DNA from: an uncultured Pelagibacteraceae bacterium
GTDB taxonomy: Bacteria > Pseudomonadota > Alphaproteobacteria > Pelagibacterales > Pelagibacteraceae
Length of the DNA: 64,000 nt
Reading direction: 5' to 3'
Assembly (NCBI GenBank): GCA_902538885.1
Contig: CACBGU010000005.1
Span: 177-64,176 of the forward strand
Shown: piece by piece, positions 52,044-63,032 of the stretch
Layout of the letters: every line of letters starts with the position of its first letter
Numbering within the stretch: the first letter of the stretch is position 1
The notes under the pieces: model-generated
Database searches by the model: none
Told to the model about the DNA's origin: nothing
Seen by the model: only the letters and a program-made list of their open reading frames with translations
Made by a program: the position numbers and the translations under genes

Positions 52044-53198
52044 TTAATTTAATAATCTCTTATACTCTGAATAAGTAGAAAAGCACATTTTTTCAACATT
52101 AAATTTTTGAACTATGTTTTTTCTTCCCTCATAACCAATTGATTTTAATAGAGTTTCATCCATGTTAAGAGTTTTTAAAATTTTATTACTTAATGATTTG
52201 GCATTTCCTGCTTCATATAAAAAACCAGTTTTTTCATCAATTATCGTTTCGTTAGAACCTCCAATGTTACTTGCTATAATTGGTTTTTCCATTGATTGTG
52301 CTTCGACAGCAACTCTGCCAAAAGCCTCTGGTTCAGTTGAAGCTGAAACAATAATATCAGAAACTTTATAAGCTAAGGCCATATCCTTGCAATGATCTAT
52401 AAATCTTATTTGTTTAGACAATCTATATTGCTCTGAAAGTCTTATTAATTTTTTCTTATATAAATCTCTACCTTGATCACTGCCTAAAATGACAGCATAA
52501 AATGCTTCATAACCCAGTTCTATATTCACTAAATTAATAGCCTCTATAAAAACTTCCTGTCCTTTCCAGGAAGTTAATCTACCAGGTAAAAGTATAATTT
52601 TTTTATCTTTTTCAATTTCCCATTTTTTTAATAATTTTTTTTCATCAATTTCAATTTTGGTTGTTGGATCAAAGTAGTCGACGTTTATTCCTCTAAAAAT
52701 AACCATTAATTTTTTTTTCTCATTTAAATATTTTGAATAATTTTTTTTAATATGAGAAAAAATAAAATTAGATCCTGCAATTATTAAATCTGCTCTAGTC
52801 ATCACTGAATTATAAATTTTTTTTATATTGCTCTTAAAATTGTATGTTCCATGAAAGGTGGTCACAAATTTTCTTCCTGTCATTTTTGTTGCTAACAAAC
52901 ATGACCAAGCAGGTGCTCTGCTTCTAGCGTGAACAAGGGAAATATTATAAATTAAAATTATTCCAATTAAGATAAAAGCATTAATTAAAATTAGTAGAGG
53001 ATTTTTGCTTTGTACTGGAAGTCTAAATATTTTAACTTTTTTTCTATCTACAAATTTAATTAATTCACCACCACTTGTTACAATAAATGATTTACAATTA
53101 TTTTCTGGTAAATAATGCGCAATATCAAAACAGCCTGTTTCAGCTCCTCCATAACCTAACTTTGGAATAACTTGTAAAACTTTTAAATCAGATGACAT
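52044..53198 (-). CDS. family 4 glycosyltransferase
   Basis: GGAE, HARSRAPAW, TTFHG, PGRLTSWKG and PEAFGRVAVEA motifs. Confidence 0.9.
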   Translation of the reverse strand: MSSDLKVLQVIPKLGYGGAETGCFDIAHYLPENNCKSFIVTSGGELIKFVDRKKVKIFRLPVQSKNPLLILINAFILIGIILIYNISLVHARSRAPAWSCLLATKMTGRKFVTTFHGTYNFKSNIKKIYNSVMTRADLIIAGSNFIFSHIKKNYSKYLNEKKKLMVIFRGINVDYFDPTTKIEIDEKKLLKKWEIEKDKKIILLPGRLTSWKGQEVFIEAINLVNIELGYEAFYAVILGSDQGRDLYKKKLIRLSEQYRLSKQIRFIDHCKDMALAYKVSDIIVSASTEPEAFGRVAVEAQSMEKPIIASNIGGSNETIIDEKTGFLYEAGNAKSLSNKILKTLNMDETLLKSIGYEGRKNIVQKFNVEKMCFSTYSEYKRLLN

Positions 53199-53240
53199 TT
53201 GATATGATTATATATTAATAGACTAAACTTATAAACGATT

Positions 53241-53984
53241 ATGGCAAATTTCAGATTTCATCAAATATCAAATACAAAGAAAATTAGATATATTTCCAAA
53301 ATTTTTAAAAATAGTTCTTTTATAGTTTTTTTACATGGCTTTATGTCAGATCTTGAAGGAAAAAAACCAAATGCATTTTTAAAGTTTGCTAAAAAAAATA
53401 AAGTAAGTTTTTTAGCACTAGAATACTCTGGTCATGGGAAATCTTCTGGAAAATTTATAAATGGGAATATTTCAAAATGGAGTAAAGAGACATCAATTTT
53501 AATTAAAAAATACGTTAAAAAAAAAGAATTTGTGCTAATTGGTTCAAGTATGGGCGCATGGATTTCGCTCAATCAATTCAAAATTTTCAAAAAACAGATT
53601 AAAGGATTTTTAGGAATAGGGGCTGCTCCTGAATTTTTAGAAAATTTAATGTGGAAAAAATTTACTAAAAAAATGAAAGAGGAAACATTAAGTAAGGGTA
53701 TTTATCAATTAAAACATGGCAATTATGAATATCCAATTACTCTACAATTAATAAAAGATGGAAGAAAAAACAAAGTCTTAAATAAAAAAATTAATTCAAA
53801 TATTAAAGTAACAATGGTACATGGTGAAAAAGATGAGGCAGTTCCTGTCTTATATTCAAGAAAAGTTTTAAGATTATTTCCAAAAGCTAAGAAAAAATTA
53901 AATATTGTAAAAAAAGGTGATCACAGTTTATCAAATAAAAAATGGTTAAATATAATTTTAAAAGAACTTAAATTATTAATTTAA
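53241..53984 (+). CDS. alpha/beta hydrolase (ABHD10-like)
   Basis: HGFMSD, YSGHGKS, GSSMG nucleophile elbow, HGEKD and GDH motifs. Confidence 0.88.
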   Translation: MANFRFHQISNTKKIRYISKIFKNSSFIVFLHGFMSDLEGKKPNAFLKFAKKNKVSFLALEYSGHGKSSGKFINGNISKWSKETSILIKKYVKKKEFVLIGSSMGAWISLNQFKIFKKQIKGFLGIGAAPEFLENLMWKKFTKKMKEETLSKGIYQLKHGNYEYPITLQLIKDGRKNKVLNKKINSNIKVTMVHGEKDEAVPVLYSRKVLRLFPKAKKKLNIVKKGDHSLSNKKWLNIILKELKLLI

Positions 53985-56900
53985 CTAACTTTTTTTATAT
54001 CTTTTTTTGAAGTAATTGGATTTTTTAATTTATCCAACATTTCTTTAGGACAAACCTGAACAAAATTATTTACTTCATCATCAAAGTTTTCAATTATTTT
54101 TTTCGATAATTGAGACTCAGTTTCTTTGAAGTGCTCACTGACTAAATTTTTTAAATATTCTTTCCAATAATCTGTCTCTACATTTTGCCAAACTACTGAT
54201 TCTGAATTTACTTTCTTTTCAAATTGTTGAGATTTATCATATATAAAGGCCATTCCACCTGTCATACCAGCTGCAAAATTATCACCAACATCTCCTAAAA
54301 TTACTACAGTTCCACCAGTCATATATTCACATCCATTAGAATCGCATCCTTCAATTACTGTAACTGCACCAGAATTTCTAACTGAAAATCTTTCACCAGC
54401 TTGGCCAGCAGCAAAAAGTTTTCCTGAAGTAGCTCCGTAAAGAACAGTATTTCCTAAAATTGTATTCTCATTTGAAACTAAATTGCTCTCTTCAGGTAAT
54501 TTTATTGAAATAGTAGCTCCTGACAAACCTTTACCAACATAATCATTTGCATCTCCCTTTAATACAAGTTTTAAACCTTTAGAAGAAAATGCTCCAAATG
54601 ATTGACCCGCTGATCCTTTAAAATTTAAAACTAAAAAGTTTTCATCAAGTTTTTCATAACCATATTTTTTATACAAATGATGAGAAATTCTTGTCCCTAC
54701 TGCCCTGTGAGTATTTTTTATTTGATATTCTTTCTCAATTTTTTCAGAATTATCTAAAGCTTGTTCAATTTCTGGCCAAATTTGTTGGTCAAGAGTATCT
54801 GGTACACTATTTATTTCTTGATCCTCACAATACCTTGGATTATTTCCAGTATCAGCTTGAACAAATAAAGGATTTAAATCTAAATCGTCTAAATTTGGAG
54901 AACCCTTACTAACCTGTTTTAACAAGTCTGTCCTACCAATCACTTCATTTAATGATTTAAAACCTAAATTTGCTAATATTTCTCTTACTTCACGGGCTAT
55001 AAATGTGAACAAATTAACTACTTTTTCTGGAGTTCCAGTAAATTTTTCTCTGAGCTTTTCATCTTGAGTACAAACGCCTACGGGACATGTATTTGAATGA
55101 CACTGCCTTACCATTATACATCCCATTGCAACTAATGCTGTAGTAGCAACACCATATTCTTCAGCACCCATCATTGCAGCTATCACTACATCTCTTCCAG
55201 TTTTAATTCCACCGTCCGTTCTTAATGTAACTTTATGTCTAAGATTATTTAAAGTTAATACTTGGTTTGCTTCTGTCAAACCCATTTCCCATGGTATTCC
55301 AACATACTTAACACTAGTCTGTGGTGTTGCTCCTGTTCCACCATTATGTCCAGAAATTAATATTATATCTGCTTTTGCTTTAGCTACACCAGCTGCAATT
55401 GTTCCTACTCCTGAGGAAGCAACAAGCTTAACTCCAATTCTTGCTTTAGGATTTATTTGTTTCAAATCATAAATTAGTTGCGCAAGATCTTCGATTGAAT
55501 AAATATCATGATGTGGTGGTGGTGATATTAAAGTTACCCCAGGAGTTGAATGTCTAAGTTTAGCAATCTCCTCTGTAACTTTAAATCCTGGTAGCTGACC
55601 TCCCTCACCAGGCTTAGCGCCTTGTGCAATTTTAATTTCTATCTCATTACAATTATTAAGATAATTAACTGTAACTCCGAACCTTGCAGAAGCTATTTGT
55701 TTAACTCTTGAGTTTGCGCTGTCACCATTATCTAAAACTTTAAATCTACTTGCATCTTCACCACCTTCTCCGCTACATGAAGCGCCTTTGATCCTATTCA
55801 TACCAGTTGCCAAAGTTTCATGTGCCTCTTTCGATAAAGCTCCATGAGACATGCTCCCACTTCCAAATCTCTTTAAAATATTTTCTATTGGCTCAACCTC
55901 AGAAATATCTATTGGCCCACTTAATTTTTTTTCTCTGAAATCAATTAAGTCTCTAAGATTAATAGGTGGTAAACTATATATTCCATCTGCATATCTTTTA
56001 TAAGCATCATAAGAATTAGATCCTACTGCACTTTGAAGTAAATGAATTAATTTTCCTTGATATTGATGTGTTTCACCATTTTTACGATATCTATATATAC
56101 CACCTATCGGCAATATTGTTTCAGAACTTTCAAATGCCTCTTTGTGAATTTCTCTAATTTTTTTCTCTATACCCGTAAGTCCAATACCTGAAATTTTAGA
56201 GACAACTCCTGGAAAATAATCTGCAACAATTGTTCTACTTAAACCTACGGTTTCAAAATTACATCCACCTCTATAAGAACTTAGAACTGAAATACCCATC
56301 TTAGACATGATCTTTAATAAACCTGCGTTTACTGATTTTATGTATCTCTCTACACATTCATCAAAGCTAAATTGACCAAATAATTTCTTTTCATGACGCT
56401 GAAATAAACTATCAAATGCTAAATATGGATTTACAGTAGTTGCTCCAACTCCTATTAAGGTTGCAAAAGAATGTGTATCTAAAGCTTCTCCAGATTGAAC
56501 ATTTATTGATACATATCCTCTTAGTTTTTTTTCAATAAGGAATGAATTAATTGATCCAACTGCTAAAAGCATTGGTATTGGAAGCTTTAAGTTAGAAAGC
56601 TCTTTGTCACTTAAAATCAATTGAGTAACTCCTTGTCTTACTGCAATTTCAGCTTCTTTTTGAATTTTTTTAATTGAATCAAATAAAGTTTCTTCCTCAG
56701 AGAATGTACAATCAATTACAGATGAATTATTGCCAAAAAAATTTATAAATTTTTCAAACTGAGAATTTGATAATATTGGACTATTTAAAACATAAATATT
56801 TTGCTTTGTTAAATTATCAAAATTTAAAATATTTCCAAGATTTCCAAATCTTGTTTTTAAACTCATAACCTTGTTTTCTCTTAAAGAGTCTATTGGTGGG

Positions 56901-58486
56901 TTTGTGACTTGGCTAAAATTCTGTCTAAAAAAATGGTATAAGGGTCTATACCTATCTGACAAAACAGCCAGTGGTGTGTCATCCCCCATAGAACCAGTTG
57001 CTTCTTTAGCATCTTCTGCCATAGGATGTAGTATGAGCTCAAGGTCTTCTAAACTTATTCCGAAAGTATATTGCCTTCTTCTTAAATCATCACCCGAAAA
57101 AGAATTTTTTTCATCTAAAATAGTCAACTTATCATCTAGGTCAATAATTTGTGAATTAAAGTGTTTATATTCTTTAGCTAAATAATCTTTTATTTGCTTG
57201 TTAGTAAATACTTTTCCTTTTTCTATTCTAACTCCAATTATTTCCCCAGGACCCAATCTTCCCTTTGACAAAATTCTTTTTTCATTTAATTCAATCATTC
57301 CTGTTTCAGAACCTGCAAATAATAATTTATCTTTTGTAATTGCGTATCTTAAAGGTCTTAATCCATTTCTATCATTTGCAGCTATAACCCACTCATTATC
57401 TGTTCCAGCAATAGCTGCTGGTCCATCCCATGGCTCCATAGTACTGTTTAAAAAATTAAATAATTGTTGGTGATCTTTCGGTAGAGTTTTATTTTTTTTA
57501 GACCATGCGTCTGGAACTAACATAAGCTTCGCCAAAGGCGCAGGCTGACCAGATATATTTAATAATTCAAAAACATTATCTAATGCAGCAGAGTCTGATG
57601 CTCCCTGTTGTATAACAGGTTTTAAGTTTTCAACATCATCAAAAAGGGGACTGTTCATCTCTTGTTCATGAACTTTCATCCAATTTTTATTTCCTCTGTA
57701 AGTATTAATTTCTCCATTATGAGCTATAGCTCTAAAGGGTTGAGCTAAATTCCAGCTAGGTGCTGTATTTGTTGAAAATCTTTGATGAAAAATAGCAAAC
57801 CTTGAAACAAATCTCTCATCTTTTAGATCAAGGTAGAAATCTGAGATAGCTTCAGCTAAAAACATCCCCTTGTAAATGATAGATTTAGAACTCAATGAAC
57901 AAATATAAAAATTGTTCAAAGACTTTTTAAAAGCTTCATTTTCTATCTTTCTTCTAGTTTCATAAATTTTTCTTTCTAAATCTTTATTTGTTAATTCTAG
58001 ATCGTAAGGTTTAAACAATACTTGGATAATTTCAGGCATTGTTTGGAATGCCTTTTCTCCTAAAACTTTTGGATTAACTGGAACTTGTCTCCAGCCGTAA
58101 ATACTAAAATCATTTTTTGTTAATTCACTTTCAACAATAGTTTTGCAACTTTCTTGTGCTGCGTAATCATTCCGAGGCAGAAATATCATACCCACACATA
58201 TTTCAGAATTGTCATGTGTGTGTCCTGTGACTTCTATCTTTTCAATGAAGAAATCTTTTGGTATTTCAACATGAATCCCAGCTCCATCACCGGTTTTCCC
58301 ATCGGCATCTACAGCACCTCTATGCCAAACTGCTTTTAAAGCCTCAATACCATACTCTACAACTTTACGAGATTTTTTACCTTCAGTTGATGCAATTATA
58401 CCAACGCCACAAGCATCATGCTCCATGTCTTCAGAATAAACATTATTTTCTTTTAAAAGGTGAAGGTTCTTTTTATAATTTTCCAT
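53981..58486 (-). CDS. gltB: glutamate synthase large subunit
   Basis: HDACGVG, HRGA, HQRFSTNT, FSQVTNPPID, AQGAKPGEGG, and CIMVRQCHSNTC (3Fe-4S). Confidence 0.98.
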   Translation of the reverse strand: MENYKKNLHLLKENNVYSEDMEHDACGVGIIASTEGKKSRKVVEYGIEALKAVWHRGAVDADGKTGDGAGIHVEIPKDFFIEKIEVTGHTHDNSEICVGMIFLPRNDYAAQESCKTIVESELTKNDFSIYGWRQVPVNPKVLGEKAFQTMPEIIQVLFKPYDLELTNKDLERKIYETRRKIENEAFKKSLNNFYICSLSSKSIIYKGMFLAEAISDFYLDLKDERFVSRFAIFHQRFSTNTAPSWNLAQPFRAIAHNGEINTYRGNKNWMKVHEQEMNSPLFDDVENLKPVIQQGASDSAALDNVFELLNISGQPAPLAKLMLVPDAWSKKNKTLPKDHQQLFNFLNSTMEPWDGPAAIAGTDNEWVIAANDRNGLRPLRYAITKDKLLFAGSETGMIELNEKRILSKGRLGPGEIIGVRIEKGKVFTNKQIKDYLAKEYKHFNSQIIDLDDKLTILDEKNSFSGDDLRRRQYTFGISLEDLELILHPMAEDAKEATGSMGDDTPLAVLSDRYRPLYHFFRQNFSQVTNPPIDSLRENKVMSLKTRFGNLGNILNFDNLTKQNIYVLNSPILSNSQFEKFINFFGNNSSVIDCTFSEEETLFDSIKKIQKEAEIAVRQGVTQLILSDKELSNLKLPIPMLLAVGSINSFLIEKKLRGYVSINVQSGEALDTHSFATLIGVGATTVNPYLAFDSLFQRHEKKLFGQFSFDECVERYIKSVNAGLLKIMSKMGISVLSSYRGGCNFETVGLSRTIVADYFPGVVSKISGIGLTGIEKKIREIHKEAFESSETILPIGGIYRYRKNGETHQYQGKLIHLLQSAVGSNSYDAYKRYADGIYSLPPINLRDLIDFREKKLSGPIDISEVEPIENILKRFGSGSMSHGALSKEAHETLATGMNRIKGASCSGEGGEDASRFKVLDNGDSANSRVKQIASARFGVTVNYLNNCNEIEIKIAQGAKPGEGGQLPGFKVTEEIAKLRHSTPGVTLISPPPHHDIYSIEDLAQLIYDLKQINPKARIGVKLVASSGVGTIAAGVAKAKADIILISGHNGGTGATPQTSVKYVGIPWEMGLTEANQVLTLNNLRHKVTLRTDGGIKTGRDVVIAAMMGAEEYGVATTALVAMGCIMVRQCHSNTCPVGVCTQDEKLREKFTGTPEKVVNLFTFIAREVREILANLGFKSLNEVIGRTDLLKQVSKGSPNLDDLDLNPLFVQADTGNNPRYCEDQEINSVPDTLDQQIWPEIEQALDNSEKIEKEYQIKNTHRAVGTRISHHLYKKYGYEKLDENFLVLNFKGSAGQSFGAFSSKGLKLVLKGDANDYVGKGLSGATISIKLPEESNLVSNENTILGNTVLYGATSGKLFAAGQAGERFSVRNSGAVTVIEGCDSNGCEYMTGGTVVILGDVGDNFAAGMTGGMAFIYDKSQQFEKKVNSESVVWQNVETDYWKEYLKNLVSEHFKETESQLSKKIIENFDDEVNNFVQVCPKEMLDKLKNPITSKKDIKKVS

Positions 58487-59925
58487 TAAGCCACTCTTTT
58501 TTCCACTTTAGATTTGCTTTCTAGATAAGTTTTAATTGAAGCTGCTGCATCTCTTCCATCTTTTATCGCCCAAACAACTAATGAAGCTCCTCTAACTATA
58601 TCACCAGCAGCAAACACCCCTTTTATATTTGTTTCCATAGTATCAAAATCTGTTTTAATTGTTCCCCACTTTGTTACTTGTAATTCACTACTATCAAATA
58701 AATTTGGTAAATCCTCAGGATCAAAACCTAGTGCTTTGATAACCATATCTGCTTTTGTTTCGTAACTTGAGCCTTCTTGTACTTGTGGCTTTCTTCTTCC
58801 TGTCTCGTCTGGATCACCTAATTTAATTTGATCTACAATTATTTTTTCTACTTTATTTTTACCTTTAAATTCTTTGGGACTTGATAACCAAACAAACTCA
58901 ACACCTTCTTCTTCTGCATTAGCAACTTCTCTAGCAGATCCTGGCATATTTTCTTTATCTCTTCTATACAAACATTTAACAGATTTTGCCTTCTGTCTTA
59001 TAGAAGTTCTCACACAATCCATTGCTGTGTCACCTCCACCGATTACAACAACATCTTTACCTTCTGCGTTTAAAATTCCTTTATCAAACAACTCAACATC
59101 ATCTCCTAGACCTTTTTTATTAGATGCTGTTAAAAAATCCATTGCAGGAAAAATATTATCAAGATCATTTCCAGGTAAGTTTACTTCTCTTGCTTTATAA
59201 ACTCCTGTAGCAATTAAAATTGCATCGTGTTTTTTTTTCAATTGGTCTAGGCTTGCATCTTTACCAACTTCAAAATTTTGAACAAATTCAATTCCTCCAT
59301 CCTTTAAGAGTTTTGTTCTTCGCTCTACAACTTCTTTTTCTAATTTAAAATTTGGAATTCCATAAATTAATAATCCTCCTGCTCTATCATATCTATCGTA
59401 GACAGTAATTTTATACCCATTTTTTCTTAATTGTTCTGCAGCAGCTAAACCAGCAGGACCTGCTCCTATAATTCCTACGCTTTGATTTTTTTCATTCGTT
59501 ACCTTAATTGGTTTTACCCAGCCCTCAGCCCAAGCATTATCTGTAATATATTTTTCTACTGATCCAATAGTTACTGTTCCATGACCAGACTGTTCAATTA
59601 CACAATTTCCCTCGCATAATCTATCTTGAGGGCAAATTCGGCCACACACTTCAGGCATATTGTTTGTGCTTTGGGATAATTCATACGCCTCTTTTAATCT
59701 TCCTTCTGCTGTCAGTTTAAGCCAATCTGGAATGTTGTTACTTAAAGGACAATGAACTTGGCAAAAAGGTACTCCACATTGCGAACACCTACTCGACTGT
59801 TCTTTGGCTTTTTCATTGATATACTCGTCATAAATTTCGTTAAAATCTTTCTTTCTTGTATCAACTTCTCTTTTAGGTGGAGTTTGTTGACCTATTTTAA
59901 CAAATTTGAGCATTTTATCTGACAT
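58486..59925 (-). CDS. gltD: glutamate synthase small subunit
   Basis: RCSQCGVPFC..CP, GRICPQDRLCE, GAGPAG, GGGDTAMDC and AAGD motifs. Confidence 0.97.
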   Translation of the reverse strand: MSDKMLKFVKIGQQTPPKREVDTRKKDFNEIYDEYINEKAKEQSSRCSQCGVPFCQVHCPLSNNIPDWLKLTAEGRLKEAYELSQSTNNMPEVCGRICPQDRLCEGNCVIEQSGHGTVTIGSVEKYITDNAWAEGWVKPIKVTNEKNQSVGIIGAGPAGLAAAEQLRKNGYKITVYDRYDRAGGLLIYGIPNFKLEKEVVERRTKLLKDGGIEFVQNFEVGKDASLDQLKKKHDAILIATGVYKAREVNLPGNDLDNIFPAMDFLTASNKKGLGDDVELFDKGILNAEGKDVVVIGGGDTAMDCVRTSIRQKAKSVKCLYRRDKENMPGSAREVANAEEEGVEFVWLSSPKEFKGKNKVEKIIVDQIKLGDPDETGRRKPQVQEGSSYETKADMVIKALGFDPEDLPNLFDSSELQVTKWGTIKTDFDTMETNIKGVFAAGDIVRGASLVVWAIKDGRDAAASIKTYLESKSKVEKRVA

Positions 59926-59982
59926 AATATTATTTAAGTTTTGGCAAAATATATCCTGATTTATTTATATAAAGCATAAAAT

Positions 59983-60001
59983 AGGTCATATATATTGACC
60001 T
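59983..60001. promoter_or_regulatory. inverted repeat AGGTCA-N7-TGACCT, candidate operator upstream of gltD
   Basis: Perfect 6-bp inverted repeat in the gltD/uppP divergent region. Confidence 0.45.
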
Positions 60002-60108
60002 TAATTTTTAAAATATTACCACTAATTAACAAGTTTTTAATTATTGCATAGCTATTATGCTTAAATCGAATTGTTTTAAATAAATACTTTATAAGTTACG
60101 AAGAAACA

Positions 60109-60873
60109 ATGTTTCAAAATATTATAGAAGTTTTAATTCTCTCTGCAATTCAAGGAATATCTGAATTTCTTCCTATTAGTTCTTCTGCTCATTTAATTTT
60201 GGTTTCTACTTTATATGAATTTAAATCTAGTTCTTTGCTTATTGATATCAGCCTCCATCTGGGTTCTCTAATTGCAATAATTTATTTTTTTAGGGATGAA
60301 CTATTTGATGCTAGAAAAAATAAAAGACTTTTAAGTTTAATTATACTTGGATCTATTCCATTAATAATCGTTGGATACATACTTTATAGTACAAATTTAA
60401 TTTATCAGTTAAGAAATTTAGAAGTCATTGCTTGGACTACTTTAATATTCGCAATTATTTTATACATCTCAGACAAAAATCGATTTGATAAAAAAATTTC
60501 TTCAAATTTAAATTTTCAGTCAATAATATTTATAGGTGTTTTCCAAATTTTCTCACTCGTACCCGGAGTGAGTAGGGCAGGAATTACTATAACAGCTGCG
60601 AGAATTTTAAAATTTAATAGAGTAGATTCAAGTAAGATATCTTTTTTACTTTCAATCCCAGCATTAGCTGGAGCTAGTGTCTTAAGCTTAAAGGATGTTG
60701 TCGAACAATCAATTCAATTTAATTACCTAGTTGTTATCGCAATTATATCTTCTTTTATTTTTTCTTTTCTAACAGTTAAATTCTTTTTAATTTATATAAA
60801 TAAATTTTCAATGAATGCGTTTGTAATTTATAGAATAATAATTGCTTTAATTTTATTTAGTTTAATTTATTAA
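60109..60873 (+). CDS. uppP: undecaprenyl-diphosphate phosphatase
   Basis: QGISEFLPISSSAH, HLGS, PGVSRAGIT and SFLLSIP motifs. Confidence 0.96.
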   Translation: MFQNIIEVLILSAIQGISEFLPISSSAHLILVSTLYEFKSSSLLIDISLHLGSLIAIIYFFRDELFDARKNKRLLSLIILGSIPLIIVGYILYSTNLIYQLRNLEVIAWTTLIFAIILYISDKNRFDKKISSNLNFQSIIFIGVFQIFSLVPGVSRAGITITAARILKFNRVDSSKISFLLSIPALAGASVLSLKDVVEQSIQFNYLVVIAIISSFIFSFLTVKFFLIYINKFSMNAFVIYRIIIALILFSLIY

Positions 60874-61763
60874 ATATATTTCTTTTTAATTAAAGGGAGT
60901 AATTGAGACAAGAGAACTCCACATAGAATAAAAAAGCATCCAAGTAAATTATTAACATCTAGAATTTGATTTAAAATAAACCAAGCAGCTATAGTCGCAA
61001 ATACGCCTTCAAGAGAAAAAATTATAGCTGCAGGCGCTGGAGTAATATTACGCTGAGCATAAATTTGTAATACAAATGCAAATCCACCAGATAATATACC
61101 TGCATATAAAATTGAATAAATTTCCATTAAAATATTACTTAAAATAAATTCTTCATAAATAATGCCAATTATGAAAGAAAAAATAGCTACTATTAGAGTT
61201 TGAACTGCTCCTAAAGTAAGTGGTAGATTGTATTTTGTTACTATAATACCAGTAAAAATTATATGCGTGCTCCAAAATAAAGCTCCAAGTACAACTAGAG
61301 TATCACCTAACCTTACTGTAGCATCATGAAAATTTGTTAATAAATAACCTCCGATCAAACATAGGATTACAGAAGGCCAGACACTCCAATGCATAGATTT
61401 TTTACCAAATAAAAAAATGATAATTGGCACCATGGGTACATAAAAAATTGTAAAGAAGGCAGCATTTGCAACATCCGTATATAACAAAGCAACTTGTTGG
61501 AGTGCAGAACCTAAAAACAACGAAAGTCCAATCAACAATGAATAAATGATGAAAGTTTTTTTATCTAATTTGAATTCTGATTTAAAATTTTTTAACTCAA
61601 ATAAGACAACTAGTGGAATTATAGCTAAAAATCCAACAAAAAACCTTACGGCATTAAACGTAAAGGGACCGATATTGTCCATGCCTGTTTCTTGAGCAAT
61701 GAAAGTTGTGCCCCAAATGAAAGTACACAATAAAGCGCTGAATAACGAGATGGTTTTAGACAT
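60870..61763 (-). CDS. DMT/EamA family transporter
   Basis: IWGTTFIAQ, FNAVRF and AAIIFSLEGVFA; about 10 TM helices in two repeats. Confidence 0.88.
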   Translation of the reverse strand: MSKTISLFSALLCTFIWGTTFIAQETGMDNIGPFTFNAVRFFVGFLAIIPLVVLFELKNFKSEFKLDKKTFIIYSLLIGLSLFLGSALQQVALLYTDVANAAFFTIFYVPMVPIIIFLFGKKSMHWSVWPSVILCLIGGYLLTNFHDATVRLGDTLVVLGALFWSTHIIFTGIIVTKYNLPLTLGAVQTLIVAIFSFIIGIIYEEFILSNILMEIYSILYAGILSGGFAFVLQIYAQRNITPAPAAIIFSLEGVFATIAAWFILNQILDVNNLLGCFFILCGVLLSQLLPLIKKKYI

Positions 61764-61769
61764 TTCTTA

Positions 61770-63032
61770 TTATACAGCTAGTTTATAAGCAAAATTTTTG
61801 CCTAAATTTTCTTTTAGATCATTATTAAACCTAGCTGCTTCAGCTCCATCAATAATTCTATGATCATAAGATAAAGAAATTGGCAACATAATTCTAGTTT
61901 GAAACTTTCCATTGATAAAAATTTGTTTTTTTTCTGATCTACCTACTCCTAATATAGCAACTTCAGGATAATTAATTATAGGAGTAAAAAATGAACCTCC
62001 TATGCCTCCTAAACTCGTAATCGTCATCGAACCACCAAATAATTCTTTTTTATCAATTTTTAAATTTCTACAAAGTTCACTTACCTCTTTTAATTCTTTA
62101 CTTATCAGAGAAATTTTTTTGTTATTTGCATTTCTTATTTTCGGAACCATTAATCCATTTGGCGTATCAACTGCTATCCCAATATGGTAATATTTTTTTA
62201 AAGTCATTTTTCCAGTCTCAATTTCGTCGATGGAAGAATTAAAATTAGGAAATTTTTTAAGAGATGCAACTAAAGCCTTTATTATAAAGGCCAGAGGTGT
62301 AATTTTAATTTTTTCTCCAGTATACATATCTGTTAATGAACTTCTAAAACTTTCCATTTCTGTTATGTCGGCTTCGTCGTGATTTGTAACATGAGGAATA
62401 GTTGTCCATGAATTTGTAAGATATTTTGATGATAATTTTTTTACTCTTGGTATATCTTTAATTTCTATTTCACCAAATTCAGAATGTTCAAATTCGTTTT
62501 TAATTTTATCTGGTTTAATATCTTTTACTTCAACGTTATTTTTTGAATTAGATGAAACAAATTTTTTAATATCATCTTCAACAACTCTGCCATCTTTCTG
62601 ACTTCCTGCTACTTGATTAATATCTACACCCAGTTCTCTGGCGAATTTTCTAGCTTTTGGACTTGCAGATGAAATATCTGAAATATTATTTTTAGAAAAA
62701 GTTTTTTCTTGGATTTCAGGTTTTATTACCTCAATTTTTTTAAACTCTTTTTCAATTTCTGGTTTTTCTTTAACTTCTTCATTTTTAACTTCAGAAGAAC
62801 TCTCTATAGTTAAAATTAAGTCGCCCTCAGAAACTTTGTCTCCTACTTTTATTTTTAAATTTTTAATTTTACCTTCTAAATTTGATGGTATTTCTACGCT
62901 AGATTTATCACTTTCAATTGTTATTAGAGCATCATTTTTTTTAATTGATTGACCTTCAGAAACTAATACCTCAATGACCTCAACATCTTTAAAATCTCCA
63001 ATATTAGGTACTTTAATTTCAGTTTCTGACAT
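61770..63032 (-). CDS. aceF: pyruvate dehydrogenase E2 (single lipoyl domain)
   Basis: ESDKSS lipoyl motif, ASPKARKFARELG, PHVT, FTPIIN and YDHRIIDGA. Confidence 0.95.
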   Translation of the reverse strand: MSETEIKVPNIGDFKDVEVIEVLVSEGQSIKKNDALITIESDKSSVEIPSNLEGKIKNLKIKVGDKVSEGDLILTIESSSEVKNEEVKEKPEIEKEFKKIEVIKPEIQEKTFSKNNISDISSASPKARKFARELGVDINQVAGSQKDGRVVEDDIKKFVSSNSKNNVEVKDIKPDKIKNEFEHSEFGEIEIKDIPRVKKLSSKYLTNSWTTIPHVTNHDEADITEMESFRSSLTDMYTGEKIKITPLAFIIKALVASLKKFPNFNSSIDEIETGKMTLKKYYHIGIAVDTPNGLMVPKIRNANNKKISLISKELKEVSELCRNLKIDKKELFGGSMTITSLGGIGGSFFTPIINYPEVAILGVGRSEKKQIFINGKFQTRIMLPISLSYDHRIIDGAEAARFNNDLKENLGKNFAYKLAV

